In this document: piece by piece, positions 10,776-22,122 of the stretch
How the letters are laid out: the number at the start of each line of letters is the position of its first letter
Numbering within the stretch: the stretch's first letter is position 1
DNA from: Methanotrichaceae archaeon
Lineage (GTDB): Archaea; Halobacteriota; Methanosarcinia; Methanotrichales; Methanotrichaceae
Assembly: GCA_963803145.1 (NCBI GenBank)
Contig: CAWDLW010000008.1
Coordinates: forward strand, 448,001 to 512,000
Direction of reading: 5' to 3'
Length of the DNA stretch: 64,000 bases
Position numbers and translations under genes: made by a program
Notes under the pieces: model-generated
What the model was told of the DNA's origin: nothing
What the model saw: only the letters and a program-made list of their open reading frames with translations
Database searches by the model: none

Positions 10776-12690
10776 ATTTATAGACGAGTTTGTAAATCTC
10801 ATAATAAAACTAACTAGGTCTAAGCTTTATGAACTAGACAAAAGAATTGCATTTATTGGTATTATCACTTCTGTTTTATTAATAATAGCAAGTATAAAAA
10901 TTGATCGGATAATGCTAGCTTTATCAGCCGTTTTCATGTTTATAATTTGTTCCTATTGGCTGTCTATTAGAGGAAAAGCAAAAGACGAATTAAACGTAAC
11001 GTTTAGCAGATCCATTCATTTGTTATTATCATCTATTTTCTTTTTATTGCTAACAGTCAACATACTGATCCTGTATGAAAGGCCTAATATTTATGAACGG
11101 CCCCTTTCTTGTTTTATAATAATAGCAATAATGTCCGGCATTGTAGCCTGCGATATTATATTTTCAGAATATCTTAATCCTTTTTTTGTTCTCTCCAAGA
11201 TCATAATAATAGCTTTAAGTATTTCATGGTCTCAACAAACATTATTTCCCGATCTACTTGGTATCGATCCTTGGTGGCATCGAATGTTTACCACGAATAT
11301 TTTATATTTGGGTTTTATACCAAAGGGATATTCCTATTCCTACCTTCCAATTTTTCATATTTTCATTGCATCAACTATGCTATTTACAAATCTTCAATAT
11401 AAACTAGCATCAATATTCTCCGTTGGACTAAGCCAAGTAATTCTTGATTGTGCTTTTATATATTTAATTGGAGAATATTTATCATATAAAGCTATTATAA
11501 ATCGTAAAATTAGCTTATTAGCACCTCTTTTTCTAGCCTCGACTAGCTATCATATCTATATGAACAATTGGTTGATCCCTAATACATTAGGAGGCGTTAT
11601 TATTGTTATTGTTATATTTTTTATTTATAAACTTAATTTAAAAGCTGAATATTATTTAAGCATATTATTGTTGATATTTTCAGGGCTACTTATCTGGACC
11701 CACACAATAAGCGCTCTTGCATTATCAATTATTCTTGCCACGATGTATATATCTTCTATATTTTATAATTTTCTTTATAATGATTCGAACGATAAAACCG
11801 TAATTAACCTATCTTTTGTCATTCTTTTTTTAATCTCAATGATGGGGTGGTGGACCTATGCTACGGGCCACATAGTTATGTTAGCAGAATTGCTTAAATG
11901 GGGCTTTAGTGTAGATTATTTTAATAATGCAACCAATACGCCAAAAGAAATAATTGCTGCATATGTAAATCGCGTTCCTCTTAAAGAAGAGTTATTTACA
12001 AATATGGGAATACTCTTATACTTTTCTCTTTCTATTCTAGGGTTTTTTTATATCCTTCTTAAAAGAAATGAAACATTATCCACATTCGCTACCATTGCGA
12101 TGATACCATTGATTATAACGTACATATCTCAATATCTGCAACTGGCAACAATTGAAGTAAGATGGTGGTATGTAGCCGAGATATTATTAAGTATACCTGT
12201 CGCTATCACATCAATTGTTATTTTTGAGCGATATAAATCAAATGGAAAAGCATTTCTAGCTTTTTTTATTTTTGCGTTTATAATTATAATAACGCTTATA
12301 ATGATCCTAAATCCAGATGCAAACATAGATAACAATTATTTCACTCCGAATACTGGTATGCGTTATGCATTATCAGAATCAGAAATTTCATCTATAGAAA
12401 TGGTATCGAAGTTATGGCATATGGGCATATTCTCCGATGAATTCATCACCGGCGATCTTAAATGGGAGGGTTATGACATAAAGCCTTTTTGTAACGAAAT
12501 TTATAAAAGAAATTTATCTGAATTGAAGGATGGATTTGTTTTAATTAGATCCGACATTATAGGCAAGCAATTTAAAGTGTTTTCAACAATAATTAGATTG
12601 AATTACAATATAATATATGAGCTTGATAACTTGACCTTCTCTAAAGTTTATGATTGTAAAAGCGTTTCGGGTTTCATAAAAGCTACCTAG
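10756..12690 (+). CDS. Large polytopic membrane protein (GT-C/polymerase-like)
   Basis: More than 12 hydrophobic segments; GIDPWWH loop; lies inside the glycan operon. Confidence 0.65.
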   Translation: MKKYYFEFIDEFVNLIIKLTRSKLYELDKRIAFIGIITSVLLIIASIKIDRIMLALSAVFMFIICSYWLSIRGKAKDELNVTFSRSIHLLLSSIFFLLLTVNILILYERPNIYERPLSCFIIIAIMSGIVACDIIFSEYLNPFFVLSKIIIIALSISWSQQTLFPDLLGIDPWWHRMFTTNILYLGFIPKGYSYSYLPIFHIFIASTMLFTNLQYKLASIFSVGLSQVILDCAFIYLIGEYLSYKAIINRKISLLAPLFLASTSYHIYMNNWLIPNTLGGVIIVIVIFFIYKLNLKAEYYLSILLLIFSGLLIWTHTISALALSIILATMYISSIFYNFLYNDSNDKTVINLSFVILFLISMMGWWTYATGHIVMLAELLKWGFSVDYFNNATNTPKEIIAAYVNRVPLKEELFTNMGILLYFSLSILGFFYILLKRNETLSTFATIAMIPLIITYISQYLQLATIEVRWWYVAEILLSIPVAITSIVIFERYKSNGKAFLAFFIFAFIIIITLIMILNPDANIDNNYFTPNTGMRYALSESEISSIEMVSKLWHMGIFSDEFITGDLKWEGYDIKPFCNEIYKRNLSELKDGFVLIRSDIIGKQFKVFSTIIRLNYNIIYELDNLTFSKVYDCKSVSGFIKAT

Positions 12691-12702
12691 AGGTTAGATG
12701 AT

Positions 12703-13869
12703 ATGGGAATAAAAAGAATGAAAGTATGCTTTTTTATAGGCGATACAAATTTTCCTACTATTGGGGGCTATGAAAATTTAGTGTACTCTTTATCTGAGGC
12801 TTTATCGAAATATATCGATATTTATATTATATGTTCGAAAGTGGATAAAAATATACCATTACCACCAGGCGTCGTTGCTGATAGCTCCATATTTTCGAAT
12901 AGGCTTAAGATAAAATATATTTCATTTCCAATTGATCTGATTCTAATACAATTAAAGTTTTTATCTTTATGCATAAAAGAAAAATTTGATATAATCCATG
13001 CGCATCCTTCCTATCCCAGTGGTTTTTATGCCATTTCATCAAAGCTTTTAGGGTTACCATTAATCTGCACTTCACATGGAGCGGATATTCAAATAAACTC
13101 TGAAATTGGCTATGGATCAAGGCTTAACTTAATTAACCGTTTATTAATTAAATTAACACTAAAGCTTGCAGACATTCATACTATCGTAAGCAAAAGCATG
13201 TATAACGATGCAATAGAGGCAGGCTCATCTCCATCTAAAATAAAGGTTATTTACAATGGAATAAACTTGAAGCAAATACCGGAAAGTTATGCCACAGATA
13301 TTATAAAAGATTTAAGTTTATCGGAAGATAAATTTATTATATTATTTTTAGGAAGGCTACATATTAAGAAGTGTCCTGATGATCTATTGAAGGCTTTTTC
13401 TTATGTCATAAGGAGAATACCTAATTCCAAGCTGGTTTTTGCAGGAGCAGGAGATGAATTTGTAAAGTTAAAGAAAATAGCTAAAGAATTAGCGATCGAA
13501 AAGAATGTAATTTTCGCTGGATTTGTATCTGAAAAGGAAAAATGGGATTTAATTAAAAGATGCGACGTCTTTGTATTACCTTCTATAATAGAAGGATTTG
13601 CTATTACAATTATGGAAGTGATGGCCTGTGGTAAACCAGTAATTGCAACAAATATAGAGCCTTTCTCTGAAATTATCACCAATGGAAAGACAGGATTATT
13701 AGTTCCAATCCATTCTCCTGAGGCGTTATCGATTGCAATAATAGATATTGCTAATAACAATAAAAGAAAAGTTGAGATTGGAGATTGTGCTAGGGAAACC
13801 ATAAAAAAGAATTTTGATATTCGACAAATTGCACTCACATATTTATCATTATATAAAAATCTGATATAA
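12703..13869 (+). CDS. GT4 glycosyltransferase
   Basis: GGYE, HAH, TSHGAD and EGFAITIMEVMACG motifs. Confidence 0.92.
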   Translation: MGIKRMKVCFFIGDTNFPTIGGYENLVYSLSEALSKYIDIYIICSKVDKNIPLPPGVVADSSIFSNRLKIKYISFPIDLILIQLKFLSLCIKEKFDIIHAHPSYPSGFYAISSKLLGLPLICTSHGADIQINSEIGYGSRLNLINRLLIKLTLKLADIHTIVSKSMYNDAIEAGSSPSKIKVIYNGINLKQIPESYATDIIKDLSLSEDKFIILFLGRLHIKKCPDDLLKAFSYVIRRIPNSKLVFAGAGDEFVKLKKIAKELAIEKNVIFAGFVSEKEKWDLIKRCDVFVLPSIIEGFAITIMEVMACGKPVIATNIEPFSEIITNGKTGLLVPIHSPEALSIAIIDIANNNKRKVEIGDCARETIKKNFDIRQIALTYLSLYKNLI

Positions 13870-13892
13870 TAAAGTCGAAGGAGAGATATAGA

Positions 13893-15188
13893 ATGTTAAA
13901 GAATTATATATTGTTCATAAAACATTCTTTAAGCGAGAGTTTGTATTTAAATGCAATTTATTTAATTATTGATTCAAACATTAACACGATATTAGGATTT
14001 ATTTTCGCTATTTTGCTAACCCATAGATTTTCAGTAGGTGATGTAGGCTTTTATTCTGCAATAGTATCAGCTGCGGGACTATTGGCAGTTGCCTCTCGAT
14101 TAGGATTCGATGTTTCCTTAATTCGATTTTTGCCTATCTCAAATAACCCTGCAATCATAATAAATACTTGTTTTACTATCGGCGGTTTCACATCTATAAT
14201 AATTTCATTATTTTTTCTATATGGATTGGAATATTGGTCGCCAGCTCTTTTATTCATCCGTAAAGATCTGATACTTTCAATCTTATTTATTTTGATAACA
14301 TTAGTTTCTTTAATATATGGGCTATGTTCTAATATTTTGGTAAGTAGAAGGTTTTCAAAGTGTATAATGATACAAGATTCAATAAATAATATCGTTAAGA
14401 TTTCGGTTATCTATTTAGTAACATCTCTTAAACTTCTCGGTCTAATAGGCACATACACTTTCGCATTATTTATTGGTTTAATTATAGCACTGATATTTGT
14501 AAAAAAATCAAACGAAGATTATAAATTCGGCCTAATGGTTGATAAAGAAGTAATAAAAAAGATAAGTAAATACTCATCTTTAAATTATTTTATATCTTTA
14601 CTTACTACCGGCCAATCATTAATTCTACCATTACTAGTTATAAACGTTTTAGGAAGCGAAGAGGCAGCTTATTTTTATATCGCCTGGGGCATATCTCAAG
14701 TAGTTTTCGTGAGCCATGGAGCAATTTCTACTTCTCTTTTCGCAGAGGGGTCAAACGATCCTAAAAATGCTTATAAGAGTGCCATAAAATCTCTTAAATT
14801 TGTCTACTTACTATTAGTACCGATATCTATTTTTATATACTTTTTTGGTCATACAATCCTAAATTTTTTCGGAAAAAGTTATGGAGAAAATGCCTTAAAT
14901 TTGTTATATCTTTTCACATTATCTTCATTTCCATATGGTTTTCTTGAAGTGTTTATAAATTTAAAAAAGATAGAGAGAGATCTTTTCATGATGAATTTCT
15001 GTTCTATATTATCTGTTGGCAGTGTATTAATATTAAGCTATTTTTTGATGAAATCGGTCGGCCTAATTGGTGTTGGATTAGGATGGCTAATCGCCAAACT
15101 TCTAACTGCAATAGTTATTTTCATTTATATTATTTCAAAAAATCATATTAATAAAAATAAGATGGTCGCTGTTAGCAATTTCCACTAA
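13893..15188 (+). CDS. Wzx/MOP-family oligosaccharide flippase
   Basis: About 12 TM segments; LGFDVSLIRF and AAYFYIAW patterns; last gene of the + strand glycan operon. Confidence 0.85.
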   Translation: MLKNYILFIKHSLSESLYLNAIYLIIDSNINTILGFIFAILLTHRFSVGDVGFYSAIVSAAGLLAVASRLGFDVSLIRFLPISNNPAIIINTCFTIGGFTSIIISLFFLYGLEYWSPALLFIRKDLILSILFILITLVSLIYGLCSNILVSRRFSKCIMIQDSINNIVKISVIYLVTSLKLLGLIGTYTFALFIGLIIALIFVKKSNEDYKFGLMVDKEVIKKISKYSSLNYFISLLTTGQSLILPLLVINVLGSEEAAYFYIAWGISQVVFVSHGAISTSLFAEGSNDPKNAYKSAIKSLKFVYLLLVPISIFIYFFGHTILNFFGKSYGENALNLLYLFTLSSFPYGFLEVFINLKKIERDLFMMNFCSILSVGSVLILSYFLMKSVGLIGVGLGWLIAKLLTAIVIFIYIISKNHINKNKMVAVSNFH

Positions 15189-16506
15189 AATCAATAACAT
15201 AAATCACATTTCTCACTGCATCTGTGATACCTTCTGAATACAATTTCAAAATTGATTTGTTTTTAGGAATAAATTTCTCAATTTCTTGTGAGGAAGGTAT
15301 TCTTTTCTTCCTTAAAGGATAGCTATCCCAATCTTTGGAATTACGATTATGTTCGATAATCATTACTCTATCTGCATATTCTGGCAATATATAAATTAAT
15401 TTTTCGAAATAATCTTTTGTTACTCCTTCGCTCATTAATATATGCAATATGATTGTATTAGATTTAATTGGATGATCCAAAAATTGTTTATAAGTAACTG
15501 CTTTTCTTTTTAATTCGTAAAAGCCCCAGTTGTTTCTATGTGTAATTTCTACGATTTTTCCCTTTAAATATGGTCTAATCGTCATCAAAAGCATGTTATG
15601 GGGATTTCTTAATTTATCATATCTATGGAGTTTCCGATATATATATCTAATTGGTTTTTTATAATTAGGTATAAAGTATTCTAATTGATAATTTCCGTTA
15701 CCAAGAAAATATATTCCATCGTAAACAGTGATGGCAGAAATTTTCTGTTTTTCATTCATCATTCTTATACAAAATTCGTTCCATTCTTCACCGAAGAATC
15801 TATTAATGTTTGATGTATATATTATTATGTCTTTATCTTCATGTTCTATTTCTAGATCGAACAAATTTTTTACAATTAATTTTGCTCCCTTTAGCGAATT
15901 TTTAACTCTATTATATGAATCGTCTGATGACAACCATCCCAATCCATAATGTAGGGTATTAATATTTTCGCGATCAGGCTTATTAGTTTCAACTGGTATA
16001 TCCAACGATTTAGGAAACATCGGGAAGATCTTTTTGCAATATTTATAATTTAGATTACTTGGATTTTTATATATATCTCCGAATATATGATTGAAAAGTT
16101 GCTCATTTTCCTCATCTATTTTGATATATGTCTCTTCAAAAATATCTGCCGAAGGAGGAGAATCCAAATACAAATACTGGTTCTTTATGCTTATCTTACC
16201 CAACAATTTGCGACTAAAGAATCTTTCTAAAAAATCTTCTCTTGTGTCGCTTATTGATATCATATTAAAAAATAATTTTGCATAGTCAACCGCAGCTGGG
16301 TTTATATCATAAAAAATTGTTTCTTTAGGATTAATTACATTTAAATAATTTAACCCAGCTAGCCCCCCAATTACGCAGTAAAAATAATCTAATTTTCTCT
16401 GATCATATTTTAATTTTACTAATAATTTAATATTTTCTTCAGTTTTTAAAAAAATGTCAGCGCTAGCGATATATATTTCCTTGCTGTCCGTGAATATATT
16501 ATCCAT
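15172..16506 (-). CDS. Hypothetical protein with a possible SAM-binding-like motif
   Basis: 444-aa ORF; VIGGLAG...FYDINP resembles a Rossmann SAM motif; in an operon with a deacetylase and a GT4. Confidence 0.6.
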   Translation of the reverse strand: MDNIFTDSKEIYIASADIFLKTEENIKLLVKLKYDQRKLDYFYCVIGGLAGLNYLNVINPKETIFYDINPAAVDYAKLFFNMISISDTREDFLERFFSRKLLGKISIKNQYLYLDSPPSADIFEETYIKIDEENEQLFNHIFGDIYKNPSNLNYKYCKKIFPMFPKSLDIPVETNKPDRENINTLHYGLGWLSSDDSYNRVKNSLKGAKLIVKNLFDLEIEHEDKDIIIYTSNINRFFGEEWNEFCIRMMNEKQKISAITVYDGIYFLGNGNYQLEYFIPNYKKPIRYIYRKLHRYDKLRNPHNMLLMTIRPYLKGKIVEITHRNNWGFYELKRKAVTYKQFLDHPIKSNTIILHILMSEGVTKDYFEKLIYILPEYADRVMIIEHNRNSKDWDSYPLRKKRIPSSQEIEKFIPKNKSILKLYSEGITDAVRNVIYVIDFSGNC

Positions 16507-16508
16507 GC

Positions 16509-17732
16509 TTAACCTCTTTTAGCGAAAGTAGCCCTAATGCCTTTTTCTAAATTAAATATTAATCTATCGCCATCATAAAATTTGATTCTATCATCCGGAA
16601 TATTCATTATTTCACAATTGTTTAAAAAAACACTCACTCCATTCATATCTGTTTTTGGAGAAATAATGCTGATGATGTTTTTATCTTCTTTGATAATTAG
16701 ATCATTTCTTGCTGAAATCCACTTTATTAAGTGACCTAACTTACATTTCCAAACATTCTTTTTGTTGATAAAATCTATTATTTTAGTTAGATATTTATAT
16801 TGCTCCGCTTGAGTTATCTCTTCATCCCAATCATAAAAATATTCCCAATAATGTGTTAATAATATAAAATGGCTTCTATTTCTTTCTCGTTCTTCCCAAA
16901 TAAGCTTAAATTGGTTAAACCAGTACTCGGACATTCCATTATCTATAAATCGGTTCCAATAATGCCTAAATGTAGCAGGAATCATAATAATATCAGAGCC
17001 AAACAAATGCTTGTTATCATCCATATTCTTTGTTCGATTAAAGAATTCATTGATATAAGTTCGTAGTAGATTGCTGTAATTTATATGGTCTAAGGGAATT
17101 ATATTAAGAATATTTCCTCCTAAACCACCACAATAATTTTGCTTATTTCTCCATATTGCAATCCACAAACTCTTGGTTAATAGCTCCTGGGGTGCCACAA
17201 AAGTTTCTATTGCCGTGTCAAAACATTGTTCTAATAGAAGCTTACCTTCTGTTACCCTTTTTATTGTGTCTACTTCATTTAGATTAATAAACTCAGATGT
17301 TCTCAAAGGATTAAATGCAGGATTTTGCTTATAGCTAATATTACCTCTTTTAAAATCAAAGTACGGGTCAGGCAGATTAATCATATCTGTATGACTGAAT
17401 CCATGCTGCAATATTTCTATACTTCCACTTGCTATTTTTGTTCTTAAATATTTAGTTAAACAACTGTTTTCGTTTACAGAAAACCACTGATCATTGTTTC
17501 TAAAGGCAGGGGGCACGTTTAATTTATTTACAGCTTTTTGATTCGGGATTACTGCAAAAGACACTTTAAATCCAGCACCCCATATGTTTTTATAGATCAT
17601 CTCTAATCTAGATGGAGGTGTGAAAAAGCTAACATCATCATCTCTGATTGAAAATGCAATATCGTGAAAAAAAGGCCATGGGTTTATTTCAAGAAATTTT
17701 GATTTATTCATGCCCATATTTATTTTCCTCAA
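16509..17732 (-). CDS. Polysaccharide deacetylase-like protein (CE4/DUF2334-like)
   Basis: IRDDD, FAVIP, EILQHGFSH and FVAP motifs. Confidence 0.75.
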   Translation of the reverse strand: MRKINMGMNKSKFLEINPWPFFHDIAFSIRDDDVSFFTPPSRLEMIYKNIWGAGFKVSFAVIPNQKAVNKLNVPPAFRNNDQWFSVNENSCLTKYLRTKIASGSIEILQHGFSHTDMINLPDPYFDFKRGNISYKQNPAFNPLRTSEFINLNEVDTIKRVTEGKLLLEQCFDTAIETFVAPQELLTKSLWIAIWRNKQNYCGGLGGNILNIIPLDHINYSNLLRTYINEFFNRTKNMDDNKHLFGSDIIMIPATFRHYWNRFIDNGMSEYWFNQFKLIWEERERNRSHFILLTHYWEYFYDWDEEITQAEQYKYLTKIIDFINKKNVWKCKLGHLIKWISARNDLIIKEDKNIISIISPKTDMNGVSVFLNNCEIMNIPDDRIKFYDGDRLIFNLEKGIRATFAKRG

Positions 17733-18867
17733 CTATTTTAACTATATTATCGCCCAGATTATTTTTGCTATAGTGCTCTACTTTATTTCTTGCATTCCTT
17801 CCCATTCTTTTGATTTCCATAGGATTATCGTAGAAATACCTTATGCTATCTTTGATAGCTTTTGCATCCCTAATGGGAATAATAAACCCTTCTTTCCCAT
17901 CTTCAATTACGTCTTTAGCTCCAACGCCCTCCGTAACTATTACAGGTAGACTACATCCCATTGCCTCTAAAACAACCCTTGGAAATGCATCCGCTAAAGA
18001 TGGTAGTATGAATATATCAGATACATTATAAAAATATAAAGGATTATTGATTGAACCTACAGTTGAAAAATTAAGTTTGCTATAATTATCAATTAATCTT
18101 CTATTCTGTATGCCTGCAACTATTAGATTTGATTTTTTTATATCTAATTGTTTCCAAGCCTCAAGTAAATAAGGTACACCTTTAATTAAAGATTTATGGC
18201 CCATGAATAGGCAAGTAAATTCATTTTTCTTAATGTGCTCATTTGTGGTTCGAAAATAATTTAAATCAACTTTACTACCTTTAACAATTTTTATTTTAGT
18301 TCCTTGGATTCCATAATTTTTACAGCTTTCACTTGCTAATGTTGATAATACGATAATTCCATCGCTTTTTTGTAAGGATTTTATTTTATAATTAATCCAA
18401 GATTTATTAGTGAAAATAGAATCATCCTTTATCCCCCAACGCTTTTCTTCCTCTTTAAGGACTCTATATATATGCTCAGGATGTAGTGTTCTATGAAGCA
18501 TATAACATTTTATTTGCTTAGATTTTGCCTTATCAACGCATCTTACAAAACCAGAGTCTGTGAAAAAAAGAGAATCCGTTTCATTAGGTATATTTTTTTT
18601 AGCAAAAAAGTCAAAAATCATTTCATTAAAATATCTTTCGGGAATTTTCCTTGAAATATTCAACCATGATAAATACAATAGATAATTCATTGAATTTAAT
18701 GCTCTAGGTTGACTCTTAACCTTATCTTTTAAATTATCTAGTTTACCCCCATTAAAGGAACATATCACCTTTTCAAGCCATCCTTTTTCTTCAAATTTTT
18801 TAGCTATATGGTACAAATTAGAATTCTTTGACCCTAAATTTTCATATCCTATTAGTGTTATTTTCAT
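17704..18867 (-). CDS. GT4 glycosyltransferase
   Basis: KGVPYLLEAW and DAFPRVVLEAMGC motifs. Confidence 0.9.
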   Translation of the reverse strand: MKITLIGYENLGSKNSNLYHIAKKFEEKGWLEKVICSFNGGKLDNLKDKVKSQPRALNSMNYLLYLSWLNISRKIPERYFNEMIFDFFAKKNIPNETDSLFFTDSGFVRCVDKAKSKQIKCYMLHRTLHPEHIYRVLKEEEKRWGIKDDSIFTNKSWINYKIKSLQKSDGIIVLSTLASESCKNYGIQGTKIKIVKGSKVDLNYFRTTNEHIKKNEFTCLFMGHKSLIKGVPYLLEAWKQLDIKKSNLIVAGIQNRRLIDNYSKLNFSTVGSINNPLYFYNVSDIFILPSLADAFPRVVLEAMGCSLPVIVTEGVGAKDVIEDGKEGFIIPIRDAKAIKDSIRYFYDNPMEIKRMGRNARNKVEHYSKNNLGDNIVKIVEENKYGHE

Positions 18868-19949
18868 AAAATCAACTCAGAGAATGAAATAGTCAGATCA
18901 TCGTAGTCTATTTTGTTATATTGTTCCAAAATTTCTTACTCATCTTAGCTCTTTGGATTCTAAAGACTGCCTATATTCAATCCTTTACCTTCCAAGAAGA
19001 TTCAGAAAAAATCTGAGTTACACATAAGCAGCATTTTAAACGTTGCTATACTGTAACAATAGATTGGTAGGGGATTGCTTGTGGCTTAGTCATGCCCTTG
19101 GCATATTTTCGATCTCACAATCTGCATAAAGTGACAAGAATCGGACAATGATGTGTCCGAAGTAACTTCCACCTTCGGAAAATAATCCTTGATTGGTAAT
19201 CAAGACTTTTCCGGCTATATCGATCTCGCGAATAGTTATGTAAAGGGTCTGGTATCTTTCGCCCTTTCTAGAATCGACCAGATCATAGTAGGCATAGCTT
19301 GTGCCCCTTTCTAGTAAAGCTGATCTTAATTTTAATTTTTTGTCTTTGTGCATCCTTTGTGAACTTTGTGACTTTGTTGTGGATTTAGTTTTGTTTTGCT
19401 GCTGCCAAGCGAACTATTTTAAACCAAAAAAAGCACAAAGGATATTTTATATCTGACCGGATATGATTCGGAAGGGATTTCTATACCAATTTCAAACAAA
19501 GTCTTGAGGCCAACTTAATTTGAAGCGGCACCCGTATCGATGCAGCATTGTTGTAGCCTTTTTCAGTCTGGAGTATGGTCATTGATCTTGAAAATATAAT
19601 TTTGATGCATCAAGCTAATTATCCTTTAAATTATCCTCCTAACCTTTATCATACTAGCCATAAGGGATAATCTAGTAGATGCAAACAAAACCACAATATC
19701 CTTAGTATCGGGGACCTCAGAACTGGCTCATCGAGCGATTATCTCAGTCGAGCTTAAGAACAATGCCTACTGAGATCAATCTCCAAATAAATCTGGAGAT
19801 AAAGAGATTTGGCTTGGAGTAATGGCCAAGCCATACAGCAATGACGATAGGATTGATGTTCTTTCTCTGCCTCGAATGGCAGGCTAACTTGCATCTGGAG
19901 AGAATAGTTCTGTCGAATTTATGGCCAATGCATGCCCAAATAATAACAA

Positions 19950-21182
19950 TCACATAGCTGTTAATCGCTCAAAGTGTTCCTGTGCCTTCTCCATTATCTC
20001 AGCCTCACCTGGAATTACGCCGTTTTGCATCAGCACTTTGCCGTTTACAATAGTCGTATCCACGCCGCCAGTCATGCTATAGATGAGATGAGAGATAATA
20101 TTGCTCTTTGGGCAGAACCATGGCTTATGTAAATCAATCAGAGCTAGGTCGCCTAATGCTCCTTTGCGTATGCCCATATTTAATCCGAATGCCCTGTATG
20201 CGTTTTCTGTGGCAATTTGCCAGATTTGCTCTGCAGAGAATGCAGCTGGTTTATGGTAGGCATTCTTTTGAACTATGGCTGTGACCTTCATCTCCTCGAA
20301 CAGGCTGAGATTGTTATTGCTGGCAGGACCGTCTGTGCCTAAGCAGATATTGGCTTTAGCCTCCAGAAGGTAGTTGAGAGGTGCTATGCCAGAGCTGAGC
20401 TTCAGATTGCTTATAGTGCAGCCTATAACATTAGCATTCCTAGCCGCGAGCAATTGGGCATCCTCCTGAGATAGCCAGACGCCATGCACTGCTAAAAAGC
20501 GCTTATTAAGCATACCAAGGCGCTCCAAGTACTCCACTGGGCTAAAGCCATGGCTCAGAATGAACTCTTCTACCTCTTCGTGCGTCTCTGAGACATGCAT
20601 ATGGATCATAGTTGCATATTTATCAGCCAGATCTTTGGCTTTAAGAAGTGTTTCATCTGAGCAGGTATAGACTGCATGAGGACCAACAGTAGGATGAATG
20701 AGGTCATCATCATTCCATCTACGCAAAAATGGCTCTACATCATTAAAAAGATCCGGTTTACTATCAAGGAGTACTCCTGAGATAAAAGCCCGAAGGCCCA
20801 TCTCCTTTGTAGCCCGAGCAGTCTCATTCATGAAGTAATACATATCATTGTAGCAGGTTATGCCAAAGCGGATCTGCTCCAGACACCCTAGCTTAACTCC
20901 CCAGTAAATATCATCTGCAGTCATCTTGGCTTCCAAAGGCCAGATCTTATCATTCAGCCACGGCATCAACTCCATATCATCGGCATAGCCCCGTAACAAA
21001 GTCATAGCAAGATGTGTGTGACCGTTGATAAGCCCAGGAATGGCCAACTTTCCACGGCCATCAATTATCTCTTCACCTTTAATGTCGCGGCCTATCTCTG
21101 CAATCCGGCCATCTTCGATAAGGATATCGCGGTCTTTTACTAGCTGGCCAGAATGAAGAATAGAGACACCCTTGATAAGCAT
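19950..21182 (-). CDS. mtaD: Amidohydrolase, MTA/SAH/5'-deoxyadenosine deaminase family
   Basis: PGLINGHTH, GPHAVYT, HVSET, SNLKL and GTDGPASNN motifs. Confidence 0.8.
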   Translation of the reverse strand: MLIKGVSILHSGQLVKDRDILIEDGRIAEIGRDIKGEEIIDGRGKLAIPGLINGHTHLAMTLLRGYADDMELMPWLNDKIWPLEAKMTADDIYWGVKLGCLEQIRFGITCYNDMYYFMNETARATKEMGLRAFISGVLLDSKPDLFNDVEPFLRRWNDDDLIHPTVGPHAVYTCSDETLLKAKDLADKYATMIHMHVSETHEEVEEFILSHGFSPVEYLERLGMLNKRFLAVHGVWLSQEDAQLLAARNANVIGCTISNLKLSSGIAPLNYLLEAKANICLGTDGPASNNNLSLFEEMKVTAIVQKNAYHKPAAFSAEQIWQIATENAYRAFGLNMGIRKGALGDLALIDLHKPWFCPKSNIISHLIYSMTGGVDTTIVNGKVLMQNGVIPGEAEIMEKAQEHFERLTAM

Positions 21183-21345
21183 AATCTCAAAATGTAGAAG
21201 ATATATTAAACCTTAACTCCTTGGATTCATAGAGAATACATTCAGTTCAATGGCTATATCGAACTCCCATACCTTCTTAGGAACTTCAAATAAAACTAAA
21301 GTTGTACCTAGGCAAACATTATAAACCTTGCTTTATTCTTTTGAA

Positions 21346-21911
21346 TACCCCGCAGCTCTGCTGCGGGGATGAGCATGAAACCGATTTAAGGTTGATGCGT
21401 GTAGTAGGAATGGATGATAGAATTACAGCATGCAAATCATTGTGTTTATCGAATTAGATATCACATGGTGTTATGTGTCAAATACAGGAAGAAATTGCTA
21501 TCGGATTCTAAGAAGATAATTCGCTTAAAGGAGATATGCTCTGAGATTGAAGAAAGATATTGATTTCAGTTTGAAGCGATAGGAACTGATGGCGATCATG
21601 TTCATATCTTTGTAGGGATCTGAACCAAAATTTGCGCCATCCAGGGTTATGCAAATTATAAAGAGTATAACTGCTAATCAATTTTTCAAAGATTTTCCAG
21701 AGATTAAGAAGGAACTTTGGGGCAGCGAATTTTGGAGTGATGGAGGATATATCGTAACGGTTGGTGAAGGTGTAACCGCTGAGATCATTAGAGATTACAT
21801 CTAGAAGCAGGGCAAGCCTGAGAAAAAGAAGGTTATAAACAAATGAATCTACTTGATTTCAATTAATCTGGCGGCTGCGCCTCGCATGCCCCGCCAGCTC
21901 TGCTGCGGGGT
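21346..21911 (+). mobile_element. tnpA: IS200-family element with tnpA pseudogene
   Basis: Hairpins CCCCGC(C)AGCTCTGCTGCGGGG at both ends; degenerate YHMV..VKYRK, DHVH (HUH) and FWSDGGY with in-frame stops. Confidence 0.85.
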
Positions 21912-22122
21912 GCGCCGCCGCCGTTTGACTCATAAGTTTCAGAATGATCTCCATAATAAGGGGAATCCGTCTCGTTCGTCTTCTATTGCCAAATTTCTTG
22001 TTGTGATACCCTTTGCGGAGGAATGCGCCAGAACACCATATATACCAATTCTATCAATTATTATGGAATCGAATAGTATATTAGTTATATGTGAAACCAT
22101 GAACAAGTAAAATCAACTGCCG

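Noticed and set aside
19090-19353. 87-aa ORF in the intergenic region
   Set aside because: No recognisable motif or operon link; may be a remnant.
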